This document shows, in pieces, positions 24,384-33,898 of a stretch of DNA of 64,000 nt. Source of the DNA: Victivallales bacterium (GTDB lineage: Bacteria > Verrucomicrobiota > Lentisphaeria > Victivallales > GWF2-38-69); NCBI GenBank assembly GCA_965228125.1, contig OZ245791.1, forward strand, positions 2,378,240 through 2,442,239. The letters are read 5' to 3'. A program made the position numbers and the translations under genes. The notes beneath the pieces are model-generated. The model saw only the letters and a list, made by a program, of their open reading frames with translations. It was not told the DNA's origin and did not search any database. Position 1 is the stretch's first letter, and each line of letters starts with the position of its first letter.

Positions 24384-25976
24384 TCACATTCCTCTTGCTT
24401 GGACGAATGCGCGGTGGGCCATGAGATACTGTGCGTAACTCCATGTGTAGTTATGGGCAGAGGTTTGTTTTCCTGTGTTTCTGTCTATTTGTTCTGACAT
24501 CATGTATGCCTTGCCTGATTGATTTTCTTCGCCTTTCATGAACTGGAAAATTAACTCCATCTGTTTGTTTCCCATTTCGGTATAGCCCGGTTTTTTGAGT
24601 TCATAAGCTAAAGTGTAATAGTATTGGGCAAGAGCTAAAGATGTGATAAACCAGGGATTGCCTTTGTTCAAAGGGTCATCCCAAGTGACCCCATTATAAA
24701 TATCTCCCGGATAACGTCCTATAAGGTTGATTCCTTTTTGGCGATTTTTATTTACTCTGTAGGGATCTAATCCTTTTTCAGAGAAAGCCTCATCAGCAAG
24801 AAGCTTTGCTGTCCTTAAAACTTCCAGCGAAGCAGGAGAGAGATTTTTTTGTGATTCCTGAATGACGGCATCGAATTTCCCGGCTATTAGTTTGTCTTTT
24901 GTAAGGCTTTTGTAAACCCAGGAATCCGGCAGCGAGTATTCGTACAAATTTCCAAGAAGAGAGCCAAGAATTATTGATGAATCCAGAGACATTCCCCTGT
25001 ATTTGTCAAAGTCATTATTTTTGTACTTAGGAAGTACAGGGAATTTTAAATTGACGGGAATATCCGAGCCTTCGCAGTAGGCTTTGAATTTTTCTTTGCC
25101 ATACGTAAACGTCTGGTAGTGTTCTACAGCAAGATATGAGATATTTTCCGCAGTTCCGATATATTTGGATGCAAGGGAAAGGTTATCAAATTGGACAGAA
25201 AGAGCAGCCCCGGCAGTCAATGCCTTAATTTCTATCATCATTGTGAAAAAATTTAATGCTACACAGGATTCCCATAGGCAATAACATTCTTCCCTGGAGT
25301 TATCTACTATGTAGGATAGGTTTTGGTTAATCAATCCTTTTCCGTTTGTGCCAAAGAGGTATTTTTCAACGAAATTCCTATCAAGAACGATTCCGTTTAC
25401 TTCTAAAGGTTTTTTTTGTGACATGATCAGGTTTGAAAATTCGGCGAAGAGCAATGCAGTAAAGGCGGGGCCGTCATTTTGCGGGTTCATCCAGTCTGTA
25501 ACTCCTTCGCCCGAAAGATAGAATTTACCTATTCCCGGGTAGTATCCATCCTGCTTTGAAGCGTAATCAAAAAACTTTACATAGTTGAATAACATCTCTG
25601 TATATTTTTCTATGGTTTCTGTGTCGTTTGCAGAGAGAGCATTTTCGAGTTCGCCTTCAATCGCCAGCATAGCTATACCTCCGTCTCTTTGCCAGAGGTA
25701 TGTATAATTATCTCCATTAGTACATTCTCCTTCAATTTTCTTTTCATATGGAGCGGCTGCTATACTTCCATTCAAAGCTTTTCTTTTGGTAGTATTTTCG
25801 GGGTAAACTGCTTCGGGGAAGGTGTTTGAATCCGAAGCAATATTTTCCTCCAGGTTAGCTTTTATATGCCAGATCACCTCATTGGAAAAGCACGGCATGT
25901 CAGACGGCATGGAAAAATAAGAGAAATTCAAAAATAGCAACAGCGTCAAAAGAAATATTTTTTTCATCAGAACCAT
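24384..25976 (-). CDS. GH15 glucoamylase/glucodextranase-like glycoside hydrolase, secreted
   Basis: Signal peptide. YLWQRDGGIAMLAI (W.RD motif) and MSEQIDRNTGKQTSAHNYTWSYAQYL (catalytic E.. / TWS.A) match GH15 catalytic-domain signatures. The start may be ATG 25967. Confidence 0.7.
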   Translation of the reverse strand: MVLMKKIFLLTLLLFLNFSYFSMPSDMPCFSNEVIWHIKANLEENIASDSNTFPEAVYPENTTKRKALNGSIAAAPYEKKIEGECTNGDNYTYLWQRDGGIAMLAIEGELENALSANDTETIEKYTEMLFNYVKFFDYASKQDGYYPGIGKFYLSGEGVTDWMNPQNDGPAFTALLFAEFSNLIMSQKKPLEVNGIVLDRNFVEKYLFGTNGKGLINQNLSYIVDNSREECYCLWESCVALNFFTMMIEIKALTAGAALSVQFDNLSLASKYIGTAENISYLAVEHYQTFTYGKEKFKAYCEGSDIPVNLKFPVLPKYKNNDFDKYRGMSLDSSIILGSLLGNLYEYSLPDSWVYKSLTKDKLIAGKFDAVIQESQKNLSPASLEVLRTAKLLADEAFSEKGLDPYRVNKNRQKGINLIGRYPGDIYNGVTWDDPLNKGNPWFITSLALAQYYYTLAYELKKPGYTEMGNKQMELIFQFMKGEENQSGKAYMMSEQIDRNTGKQTSAHNYTWSYAQYLMAHRAFVQARGM

Positions 25977-26005
25977 TCTTGTGAGTTAATGTTTAAATTG
26001 TGTAT

Positions 26006-27889
26006 TTATTTAAGTAATTCTAAAATGCCCAAACTGAGCCATGGTATATAAGTAACCAAAAGTACGACCATAAGAATGACTATTAAAAAGGGGAGGGCAT
26101 ATCTGGCAATACTCATTAATGGTTTATTAAACCGAAAGGCTGAAAGGAAGAGATTCATCCCGACGGGGGGTGTCAGATATCCCATCTGTAAATTGACTAT
26201 GAAAATTATACCCAGATGAATGGGATTAACTCCGAAGGCATCCGCCATAGGCAAAATTAAAGGTACCACTATTATGATTGCAGAAAAAATATCCATGAAG
26301 CATCCGACAAGCAACAGCGCAAAGTTGAGAGCGAGTAAAAACTCCCATCTAGGCCATGACTGGTCAATAGCCCATTGTGCTGTAAGAGCAGGTATTTGGG
26401 CATCCACGAGATAACTTGTTAAGCCCATAGACACTCCAAGAACTATCAAAACTCCACCGACAAGAACAGAGCATTTCACCAGTAATTCATACAATTTATA
26501 AAATCCTAAATCGCGATAAACCAACATTTCTATAAATAGCGTATAAACGACAGTTAGAGCCGCTGCTTCAACAATAGTGCAGAATCCTCCGAATATCCCA
26601 ATAAGCGCTACCACAGGAATGAACAGTTCCCATTTGGCAAGCCATATAGACTTGAAGACTTCTTTAAGTTTAAATTTCTCGCAGGCATTGTTTTTTTTTC
26701 TGCCCTGCCACACGCACATTATGCAAATCGGCAATACCAGAAGTACCCCTGGTAAAAGTCCTGCTTTGAACATATCAAATATCGATACTTTGGCTATAAC
26801 AGCGTAAAGAATTACCACTAAACTTGGCGGGAACAGCAAACCTATGCTTCCTGTGGCAGTCAACAAACCAACGGAAAATTTCTCACTTGAACCGCTGCTT
26901 AAAAGTACTGGCAGAAGTAAACCGCCGAGTGCCAGAATCGTAATTCCTGATGCTCCTGTAAAAGTTGTAAAAAAGGCACAAAGCAATGTAACAGCTACTG
27001 CTACGCCTCCAGGAAACCATCCAAAAAGAGAGTGGAACACCTTAACAAACCTTTCACTAGCTCTGCTTTCCGATAAAATAAAGCCCGCTAAAGTAAATAA
27101 TGGGATAGTAGGAAATACAGGAGAGACGACTATGCGGTACATTTCAGTGGGGATAGCCGATGTAGTTACTCCGTCTGACCAGAAAAGAAGGAGAGCTGCA
27201 CCTCCAATAAATACAAATATCGGAGCGCCAAGAATTGCTGATATAATCAAAATGCTAAGCCCGACCCAGACAGAACCTGGTGGCGCTACTGGAAAGATTA
27301 TTGATAGAATTATGACAGTAGGCAGGCTCAAAGCTATTAGCAATTTTGAGAGAATGCTTTTGTTTGAGAAGCGGAGAATAAAACCAATAGCCATAGCGCC
27401 AAACCCGATAGGCAAAATACTTTCAGCTATCCATTGAGGAATCAATCCTCCTATTTTTAATGTTCCAGCCGATTGAAAAAGTCCAAAGGGTTCGAGCCAG
27501 TTAATAATAAAAGAGGGGAGCATATGACCAAGACTTTCAGGTATTGCAGGGGCCTCTGCGACTACCAATTGAATGCTTGCTCCACATAGAGCCCAGCAGA
27601 CAGAAGCAGCAATAAAGTATGACCAGAAAGCGGCGAAAATTTTCAAAGGGCCGGGAAGCCAGCCGTAAGAACCTACGATTTTGAGGTGTTTGTCATCGCG
27701 AACAGCAAGTATGCCTCCGAAAAGCCCTACCCATAAGGTCAGATGTTGAAGAAAATCTGTAGCGCCATTTATTCCAATGCCGAAAAGCTGTCGGCCTATG
27801 AGCTCTATACAAGGTATCAACGCCATCAATAGAAGAAGGAATGAGGCAAGAGAGTTTCCAATCCAGTTGCTAATTCTAAATAGCTTCAA
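26006..27889 (-). CDS. TRAP transporter fused small/large permease (DctQM)
   Basis: 627-aa polytopic protein with a DctQ-like N-terminal 4-TM portion fused to a DctM-like domain. Confidence 0.8.
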   Translation of the reverse strand: MKLFRISNWIGNSLASFLLLLMALIPCIELIGRQLFGIGINGATDFLQHLTLWVGLFGGILAVRDDKHLKIVGSYGWLPGPLKIFAAFWSYFIAASVCWALCGASIQLVVAEAPAIPESLGHMLPSFIINWLEPFGLFQSAGTLKIGGLIPQWIAESILPIGFGAMAIGFILRFSNKSILSKLLIALSLPTVIILSIIFPVAPPGSVWVGLSILIISAILGAPIFVFIGGAALLLFWSDGVTTSAIPTEMYRIVVSPVFPTIPLFTLAGFILSESRASERFVKVFHSLFGWFPGGVAVAVTLLCAFFTTFTGASGITILALGGLLLPVLLSSGSSEKFSVGLLTATGSIGLLFPPSLVVILYAVIAKVSIFDMFKAGLLPGVLLVLPICIMCVWQGRKKNNACEKFKLKEVFKSIWLAKWELFIPVVALIGIFGGFCTIVEAAALTVVYTLFIEMLVYRDLGFYKLYELLVKCSVLVGGVLIVLGVSMGLTSYLVDAQIPALTAQWAIDQSWPRWEFLLALNFALLLVGCFMDIFSAIIIVVPLILPMADAFGVNPIHLGIIFIVNLQMGYLTPPVGMNLFLSAFRFNKPLMSIARYALPFLIVILMVVLLVTYIPWLSLGILELLK

Positions 27890-27899
27890 ACCGTATTCC

Positions 27900-28922
27900 T
27901 TAGTTATTGTCTTTGTTCTGTGCTCTATATTCTTTCAGCGCAGCTTGTACTTTGTCAAAGGATTCTTTTGAAAAACGGCGTCCCATAAATACAGGCAAAC
28001 CCACTTCGGTTATCATCTTTTCCCATTCAGCAGTAGCCTTAGGAGTCAAAGGATTGACTTTGAGGCCGTGCTTTTCCATCACCAGTATTGCATCGTTGTC
28101 AAGTTTTATGACACTTTCCCAGACTCTTGCACCGAATTTAGCCGCGCTTTTTTGAAGGGCCGGGCGTAATTTTTCGGGAATCTTTTCCCATGTTTTGCCA
28201 GTGATGACTATTACCCCCGGAAGAGGCTGCCACCGCAAAGCGCACATGTTAGGAGCTTGTGAATACCATTGGAAAGCCAAAGCTGCCTGTGGCGGAGAGG
28301 CAAAGGCAGTAACAAGCCCTGTTTGCAGACTTGTAAGAAGGTCAGTGACGCTCAGCGGGACCGGATTAAACCCAGTTTTTTTGAGCAGTTCGAAATATAT
28401 TGGCTCATTACCCCAGAAGAAGAGTTTTTGTTCTTTCATATCATCTGGAGTCGTAACAGGGTCTTTCGAGAAGAAATGAACCCATCCGGCGTTTGTCCAG
28501 CATAGGATTTTGAAACCTTTTTTGTAAATTTCGTCTTCATAAGAAGGCCCGACCTTGCTTATGACAAACTTTAATTCATCATCTGTTTTTATGTTATCAG
28601 GAAAAGTTAGCGCGGTAATGTCTGAGCAAATATATGCTATTCCTGAAGTCGCCAGCGCCGCGCCCTGCATTTGTCCGATGCGCATTTTTCTTATCAGATC
28701 GGGGTCGTCGCCTGCGACTCCACCGGGATAAATCTGGATAACTATTTCTCCGTTGCTGATATCTCTCCATTCCTGAGCCATTTCCATAAGGGCTTTGTGC
28801 CACTGAGAGCCATCAGGAGCGACAGTTCCGATTTTAATTACTTGGGTGAAAGCGTTATAAGAAAAAAGAAACAGAAAAAACGAAATAATCAGGAAAAGCT
28901 TTTTAGTTTGAACATTTATCAT
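27900..28922 (-). CDS. TRAP transporter substrate-binding protein (DctP/TatP-like)
   Basis: Signal peptide plus a DctP-family pattern. The start was set at ATG 28922, which forms an ATGA overlap with the upstream stop. The longer track ORF was rejected. Confidence 0.8.
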   Translation of the reverse strand: MINVQTKKLFLIISFFLFLFSYNAFTQVIKIGTVAPDGSQWHKALMEMAQEWRDISNGEIVIQIYPGGVAGDDPDLIRKMRIGQMQGAALATSGIAYICSDITALTFPDNIKTDDELKFVISKVGPSYEDEIYKKGFKILCWTNAGWVHFFSKDPVTTPDDMKEQKLFFWGNEPIYFELLKKTGFNPVPLSVTDLLTSLQTGLVTAFASPPQAALAFQWYSQAPNMCALRWQPLPGVIVITGKTWEKIPEKLRPALQKSAAKFGARVWESVIKLDNDAILVMEKHGLKVNPLTPKATAEWEKMITEVGLPVFMGRRFSKESFDKVQAALKEYRAQNKDNN

Positions 28923-29866
28923 TCTTTTACTTCCTCGTAGTCCGCAAATAGCCTGGGGATTTGAGTTTTTAGCCATGCTGCTCTCTCCTGAGCTATTGTG
29001 TTATTAAGACGCCACTCTTTAACCTCATTTGGATCAACGGCCAACGCTTTATCAAGCATCTCATTAAATAATGCCAAATCCTGTTTCTTAACAGCTATCG
29101 ATTCGGCGAAAATTACATAAGGATAAGCTTTTTTGCCGTTAGTATATGCAACAACTTTATCAAAGTGCATTCGGGCTTTTTCCATGCTTTCTTTGTTGCT
29201 GTTGGGTTGTTTAGCCTCGTAAGCAATAAAAAATTCATGAATAGCACCGTCATTGTAATATTCATTGAGCTCCATGGCTCTGGACATCATGGCTACAGCG
29301 ACGGGCATTTCTGCCATGTTTTCCATATCGCTTTTGTTTGCCACTATAGCTCCCATCCATCCGGCGGCTGCCCAATAAAGGGCGGGAACATCCTCAGCTG
29401 TCATTTTGGCAAGTGTTGTTTTAGTATCTGTTCGCACATTTTTGCTGAACCCAGGATATTTTGAGTCTAGAACAGACAAGGCATAGTCTCTGCCTCTAAG
29501 GCTTAAATTATAGGTTCTGTACCATAAGTGTTTTGATCTACTGTAATCGGAGTATTCTATCATTTGAGCCTGTTGAGCAAGATCTCCATATGCATACTGT
29601 ATATACCCATTTGCCAACGCCAACTGCAGATTTGCATTTGAAGGATCCTGTGCCAACATCACTTCCATAGTCTTGAGTGCAAACGGCATTGAATCCCATA
29701 TTAGTTCAGGGTCGTTGTCTGAAGTTATTACTAACATAGTATTTTTGCTGGAAAGTGTGCTTCCGATTTGTTTAACAGCGGCGTTACGCATCGTACTGCA
29801 TCCGCTAAATACAATAAGGGTAATGATTCCAACTAAATAAACTTTTAGATTAAAATTGTATTTCAT
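28919..29866 (-). CDS. TatT-like TPR lipoprotein associated with the TRAP transporter
   Basis: Lipobox (VFSGC). DNDPELIWDSMPFALKTMEVMLAQDP and helical repeats resemble the TatT component of TPR-protein-associated TRAP transporters. It is translationally coupled to the binding protein. Confidence 0.65.
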   Translation of the reverse strand: MKYNFNLKVYLVGIITLIVFSGCSTMRNAAVKQIGSTLSSKNTMLVITSDNDPELIWDSMPFALKTMEVMLAQDPSNANLQLALANGYIQYAYGDLAQQAQMIEYSDYSRSKHLWYRTYNLSLRGRDYALSVLDSKYPGFSKNVRTDTKTTLAKMTAEDVPALYWAAAGWMGAIVANKSDMENMAEMPVAVAMMSRAMELNEYYNDGAIHEFFIAYEAKQPNSNKESMEKARMHFDKVVAYTNGKKAYPYVIFAESIAVKKQDLALFNEMLDKALAVDPNEVKEWRLNNTIAQERAAWLKTQIPRLFADYEEVKE

Positions 29867-30127
29867 ATATTATTTTGAACTTTCTAGATTGCTAAACTTT
29901 AAGCTATATAATTATAGGCCTTTAAAATTCACTGGGCAACAATGTTTTACTATTGACTTATAAAAAGAAATCTAATCAGAGAATTGTAAATAAAACTTTT
30001 TTCTATTTTGCTTATTATATAATGAGACATAACAACAATAACATGAAAGAGTGTAGCAATTACGACTGTCGTCGGCCCGCTTGGCGTGTTGGAGAAAACT
30101 AATAGCAGTCCCAAGTCCGCCGGATGG

Positions 30128-30868
30128 TCAAAGTTCAAAATCTAAAATTATCGGCATATGGTCGGATAGCCTTACCTCAGGAATTGTAAAGTTAATTACG
30201 TTAACATCGTTTGAACATAATAAAAAATCTAATTGGTGTTTTGGTGCCCAGGAAGGAAAAGTAGGGCAGTTATTTGCATTAGGATTTCTTAAATTGAGCT
30301 CTTTGCATATAGACTCTATCTCTTTTGTTCCACCGAAAGTATTGAAATCCCCTCCGATAATTACAGGCCTGTTTTTATTCGTATGAAGTAGGTTTGCAAT
30401 GTGGTTAAGTTGTATTTGTCTTACTCTTTTTGAGAGAGAGAGATGAAGCAAAAAAAATCTATAAGATCCCATATCCATCTCAATAATGAGCCTCTTGAAA
30501 CCGCTCGGGAAGTAGTGATATATACTGTTTGACGTTTCATCTTTCGTTAGAACTGCATTGCCCTGTTTGCTTAATATGGGAAGCATTCTTCCTGTGAAAC
30601 TGTCTCCGTATTTAGTTGTGGAGTGGTGAAAATTGCTTAGATGTTTGCTTATTCTGGCAGCTTGATTTACGTTCGACGATCTATAGGAACCAGTGTCCAC
30701 TTCTATGAGGCCTATAACATCCGCCTTTTGTGAGTTTATAAAACGGCTGATTTTATTAAGATTTCGTCTTGTCGGCATAAGATAGCGGGAAATATTGAGT
30801 ATGCTGTCAGGAAGGCTTTTCGGAGCGCCGGTTGCATAAGCCATATTGTATATTAAAACACGATGCAC
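30128..30868 (-). CDS. Endonuclease/exonuclease/phosphatase (EEP) family protein
   Basis: VIGLIEVD, GGDFN and SDHMPI motifs. Confidence 0.8.
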   Translation of the reverse strand: MHRVLIYNMAYATGAPKSLPDSILNISRYLMPTRRNLNKISRFINSQKADVIGLIEVDTGSYRSSNVNQAARISKHLSNFHHSTTKYGDSFTGRMLPILSKQGNAVLTKDETSNSIYHYFPSGFKRLIIEMDMGSYRFFLLHLSLSKRVRQIQLNHIANLLHTNKNRPVIIGGDFNTFGGTKEIESICKELNLRNPNANNCPTFPSWAPKHQLDFLLCSNDVNVINFTIPEVRLSDHMPIILDFEL

Positions 30869-30989
30869 TATAATCTCTCCGTGTGTTAGTTATTTTTCTA
30901 GAACCGCCTGTACTAGGAACAATGTTAGCGAATATTACCCTAATTTTCAATATAAAGTTATGATTATTGATTTCTTCTTTTCTAGTGAC

Positions 30990-32459
30990 ATGTCTTTTGA
31001 AACATGGATTGTTTTTGCGACTTTAGTGCTTTTATTGGACATTTTTACAATACTTCATATCTTGGCGAATAAATATGATGAGCCTGCAAGTGCAATACTC
31101 TGGATTTTTATTGTTTTAGACCTTCCCTTTGCAGGCATTTTTATCTATTTGATTCTTGGCATAAATCGTATCAAAACAACAGGGGCGAAAATAGACAAGG
31201 CCAGCAAAAACATGCATAAAGCCAAACTCGGCATGGAAGGTGCATTTCTTACGTATCTTTCGGGCGTAATGAAGTTTAACTTCAAACCATCCGAACCAGG
31301 CTATATGACTATGCTGGACAAACTTCTACCTCTTACTTTTCCTACTTTAGGCAATAACGTTTCTCTTTTGGAAGACGGAACCAGTGCATATCCAAAAATG
31401 CTTGAAGCTATAGAGAATGCAAAAAAACACATTCATCTTCAGTCTTTTATTATTAACGACGACGAAGTCGGGAATATGATATTTGACGCTTTGGGAAGAA
31501 AATCAAAACAGGACGGAGTCAAAGTAAAAGTTCTTTTCGACAGGTTGGGTAGTTCTCGTGCTTATTCAAGGCATTTTTTCAGAAAATGGAGCAGGGGGAA
31601 TAAGAATTTTGAGGTCAAGGCTTTTTCTAAATTTAATCTTCTTGTACCATACCGGATTCAACTTAGAAACCATCGTAAACTTCTAATTTGCGATGGGAAA
31701 GATGCCTTTATAGGCGGAATCAATATCAGTGCGGAAAACGATGCCACTCTTAAGACCAAATACATACATGACTTACACTGCCACATCAAAGGCCCGGCTG
31801 TCGGAGAATTGCAATTCTCCTTCTTAAAGGACTGGTCATTTGCTACCAACACTAATCCTGAAATTCTTTTGGAGCAAGGAGACTATTTCGTAACTCCCGA
31901 AGATATGGGAGAATCTGTAATTAGAACCATACCGTCAGGGCCGGGACAGGCTTATGAAGCTTCAAAAAAACTTTTTATGTCGGCTGTTTCTATGGCTAAA
32001 AAGTCTTTGTGGATTATTACTCCGTACTTTGTTCCTGATAAATCTTTCATAGAGGGATTGTGTCTGGCTTCAGCCAGAAATGTGGATATTAGAATAATAA
32101 TTCCTCAGAACAACAATCACTGGTATGTAAGATGTGCTTCAAGAAGTATATACAATACTCTAATTCATTCCAATATACGCGTTTATGAAAAGAAAGGCAT
32201 GTTTTCCCATGCCAAAGCTGCTCTTATTGATGGAGAATGGGCTATTATGGGTTCAAGTAATTGTGATATGAGAAGTTTTAGACTCAATTATGAACTTGAT
32301 TTTACGGTTGAAGGCGGAGATTTTGTTTATATACTGCATCAACAGTTTTCAAAAGAATTAGAAGAGTCTCAGGAAATTACTTATTCAAGCAGAATGAATA
32401 GAACCCGGATTCAAGAGTTGATAGAAAATTTCTGCTCTCTGTTTACCCCTGTTTTATAG
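30990..32459 (+). CDS. cls: Cardiolipin synthase (PLD superfamily, two HKD motifs)
   Basis: N-terminal TM pair, then HRKLLICDG and HAKAALIDGE HKD motifs. The start was set at ATG 30990 (MSFETWIVFATL...) and the longer ORF was rejected. Confidence 0.85.
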   Translation: MSFETWIVFATLVLLLDIFTILHILANKYDEPASAILWIFIVLDLPFAGIFIYLILGINRIKTTGAKIDKASKNMHKAKLGMEGAFLTYLSGVMKFNFKPSEPGYMTMLDKLLPLTFPTLGNNVSLLEDGTSAYPKMLEAIENAKKHIHLQSFIINDDEVGNMIFDALGRKSKQDGVKVKVLFDRLGSSRAYSRHFFRKWSRGNKNFEVKAFSKFNLLVPYRIQLRNHRKLLICDGKDAFIGGINISAENDATLKTKYIHDLHCHIKGPAVGELQFSFLKDWSFATNTNPEILLEQGDYFVTPEDMGESVIRTIPSGPGQAYEASKKLFMSAVSMAKKSLWIITPYFVPDKSFIEGLCLASARNVDIRIIIPQNNNHWYVRCASRSIYNTLIHSNIRVYEKKGMFSHAKAALIDGEWAIMGSSNCDMRSFRLNYELDFTVEGGDFVYILHQQFSKELEESQEITYSSRMNRTRIQELIENFCSLFTPVL

Positions 32460-33059
32460 TTTTATTCTTCCTTCTATCGCAGCTGAAAGGGTAGCTGAGT
32501 TTGCAAAAGAAATATCAGCGCCTGCTGGGATTCCTCTGGCAAGAGTTGTTATTTTAATGTCGTATTTATTAAGAAGGTTTGCCAAATAGATTGAAGTGGC
32601 CTGCCCCTCTATGTCCTGACTTATTGCTATTATTACCTCTCTAACTTTTTGGTCTTCGGTAATTCGTTTTGTCAGTTTGGAAAGTTTTAAAGAGTCTGGA
32701 GTAATTCCGTCTAGTGGTGATAACTTCCCATCCAGCACAAAGTACATGCCTTTGTAATGTGCTGATTCTAAAAGAGGAATTTGAGTAAAATCTTCAACGA
32801 TGCATAAAATCGAATTGTCTCTATTATAAGAAGAACATATATTGCAAATCTCGTTTTCTGAGATATTTGAACAAATCGAACAGCGTTTTATCTTGTTTGG
32901 GATAGAAGCTATTTCATTCCCGAACAAGATCAGTTTTTCGGGTGGCCATTTTAAAAGGGCGAAAACCATACGCTCGGCTCCCTTTCGTCCTATTCCTGGT
33001 ATTTCTTTAAGGAGAGAGATAATATTTTCTATTTCCTGAGGAAATGGCCCTGTTTTCAT
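32454..33059 (-). CDS. recR: Recombination protein RecR
   Basis: PGIGRKGAERM helix-hairpin-helix, a CxxC..CxxC zinc finger and a Toprim domain. Confidence 0.95.
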   Translation of the reverse strand: MKTGPFPQEIENIISLLKEIPGIGRKGAERMVFALLKWPPEKLILFGNEIASIPNKIKRCSICSNISENEICNICSSYNRDNSILCIVEDFTQIPLLESAHYKGMYFVLDGKLSPLDGITPDSLKLSKLTKRITEDQKVREVIIAISQDIEGQATSIYLANLLNKYDIKITTLARGIPAGADISFANSATLSAAIEGRIKL

Positions 33060-33064
33060 AAATT

Positions 33065-33385
33065 TTAGAAGAGCCCTGGAATATTTAGGCCGCCTGTTAT
33101 TACCGACATCTTGCTTTGAGCTAGTTTTTGAGCTTCATCTATGGCATTGTTCACGGCTATAAGCACCATATCTTCGACCTTTTCGGTATTCCCTTCCTTG
33201 ATTGTTTCAGGAGCTATTTTAATGGATTTGATTTTCATGGCTCCTGTGGCTATTACTTCTACAGAAGTTCCAAAAACACCTTTCACCTCAATATTGGTGA
33301 GTTCTTCTTTGATGTTTTCCATTTCCTTTTTCATCTCGTAAACTTTTTTGAGCATTCCGCCCATATCGCCTATTTTTCCAAACAT
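33065..33385 (-). CDS. ybaB: YbaB/EbfC nucleoid-associated protein
   Basis: 106 aa with an MGGMLKK..EMK pattern. Conserved dnaX-ybaB-recR synteny. Confidence 0.9.
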   Translation of the reverse strand: MFGKIGDMGGMLKKVYEMKKEMENIKEELTNIEVKGVFGTSVEVIATGAMKIKSIKIAPETIKEGNTEKVEDMVLIAVNNAIDEAQKLAQSKMSVITGGLNIPGLF

Positions 33386-33415
33386 TATTAATCACCTTGT
33401 ATTTTTTATTAAAAA

Positions 33416-33895
33416 TTAGTTGAGATACAAATTCATATAGTTATCAACTTTTTTATAACCAACAGATTCATAGATAGGCTTACCTGCGTCGCTGGCCTTA
33501 AGGGAAATTTCTCCGATGCCATTTTCTTTGCAGTAATTTTCGACTTCTTTTAAAAGGAGCTTAGCCATGCTTTTGCCTCTAAACTCCTTAGTGACATAAA
33601 CACTGTGCAGGTAAGCAGTAATATAATTTAATTTGATAGGTGTTGGTGTCATCGATGTTAGTGTAATTGCACCGCTTCCGGCTATTTTTCCGTTTTCTTC
33701 CATAATCCATGCTACGCATATTCCTCTGGGAATCTCATCGGATAATTTTTTTATACTTGCATCGTACATCGAACTAAGCAATGATGAGGCTAATTCATTA
33801 CCTTTTAAAGAACTAATTTCCTTAAACATCAGGTTATGATGTGTTGCCAATGTGTCAATGTCTTTGACTCCGGCTTTTCTTATGTTAGCTGTCAT
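33416..33895 (-). CDS. GNAT family N-acetyltransferase
   Basis: FRGKSMAKLLL acetyl-CoA motif and a GNAT-sized protein. Confidence 0.7.
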   Translation of the reverse strand: MTANIRKAGVKDIDTLATHHNLMFKEISSLKGNELASSLLSSMYDASIKKLSDEIPRGICVAWIMEENGKIAGSGAITLTSMTPTPIKLNYITAYLHSVYVTKEFRGKSMAKLLLKEVENYCKENGIGEISLKASDAGKPIYESVGYKKVDNYMNLYLN

Positions 33896-33898
33896 GTT

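Noticed and set aside
26844-27437. 197-aa plus-strand ORF, with similar antisense ORFs at 42044-42634, 50778-51329, 19636-20043, 10489-10914, 46164-46547 and 41892-42257
   Set aside because: All lie antisense within genes that have strong family signatures (TRAP permease, rplX/rplN, nhaP2, aminotransferase, nitroreductase, topA, rplE/rplX). They have low-complexity or odd composition and are typical shadow ORFs.
29950-30138. 62-aa minus-strand ORF and a GC-richer patch (about 30055-30127) downstream of the EEP gene; considered as a small membrane protein or sRNA/tRNA
   Set aside because: There is no RBS, it overlaps the EEP stop, and I could find no tRNA cloverleaf or conserved T-loop (GGTTCGA-type). 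The evidence is insufficient either way.
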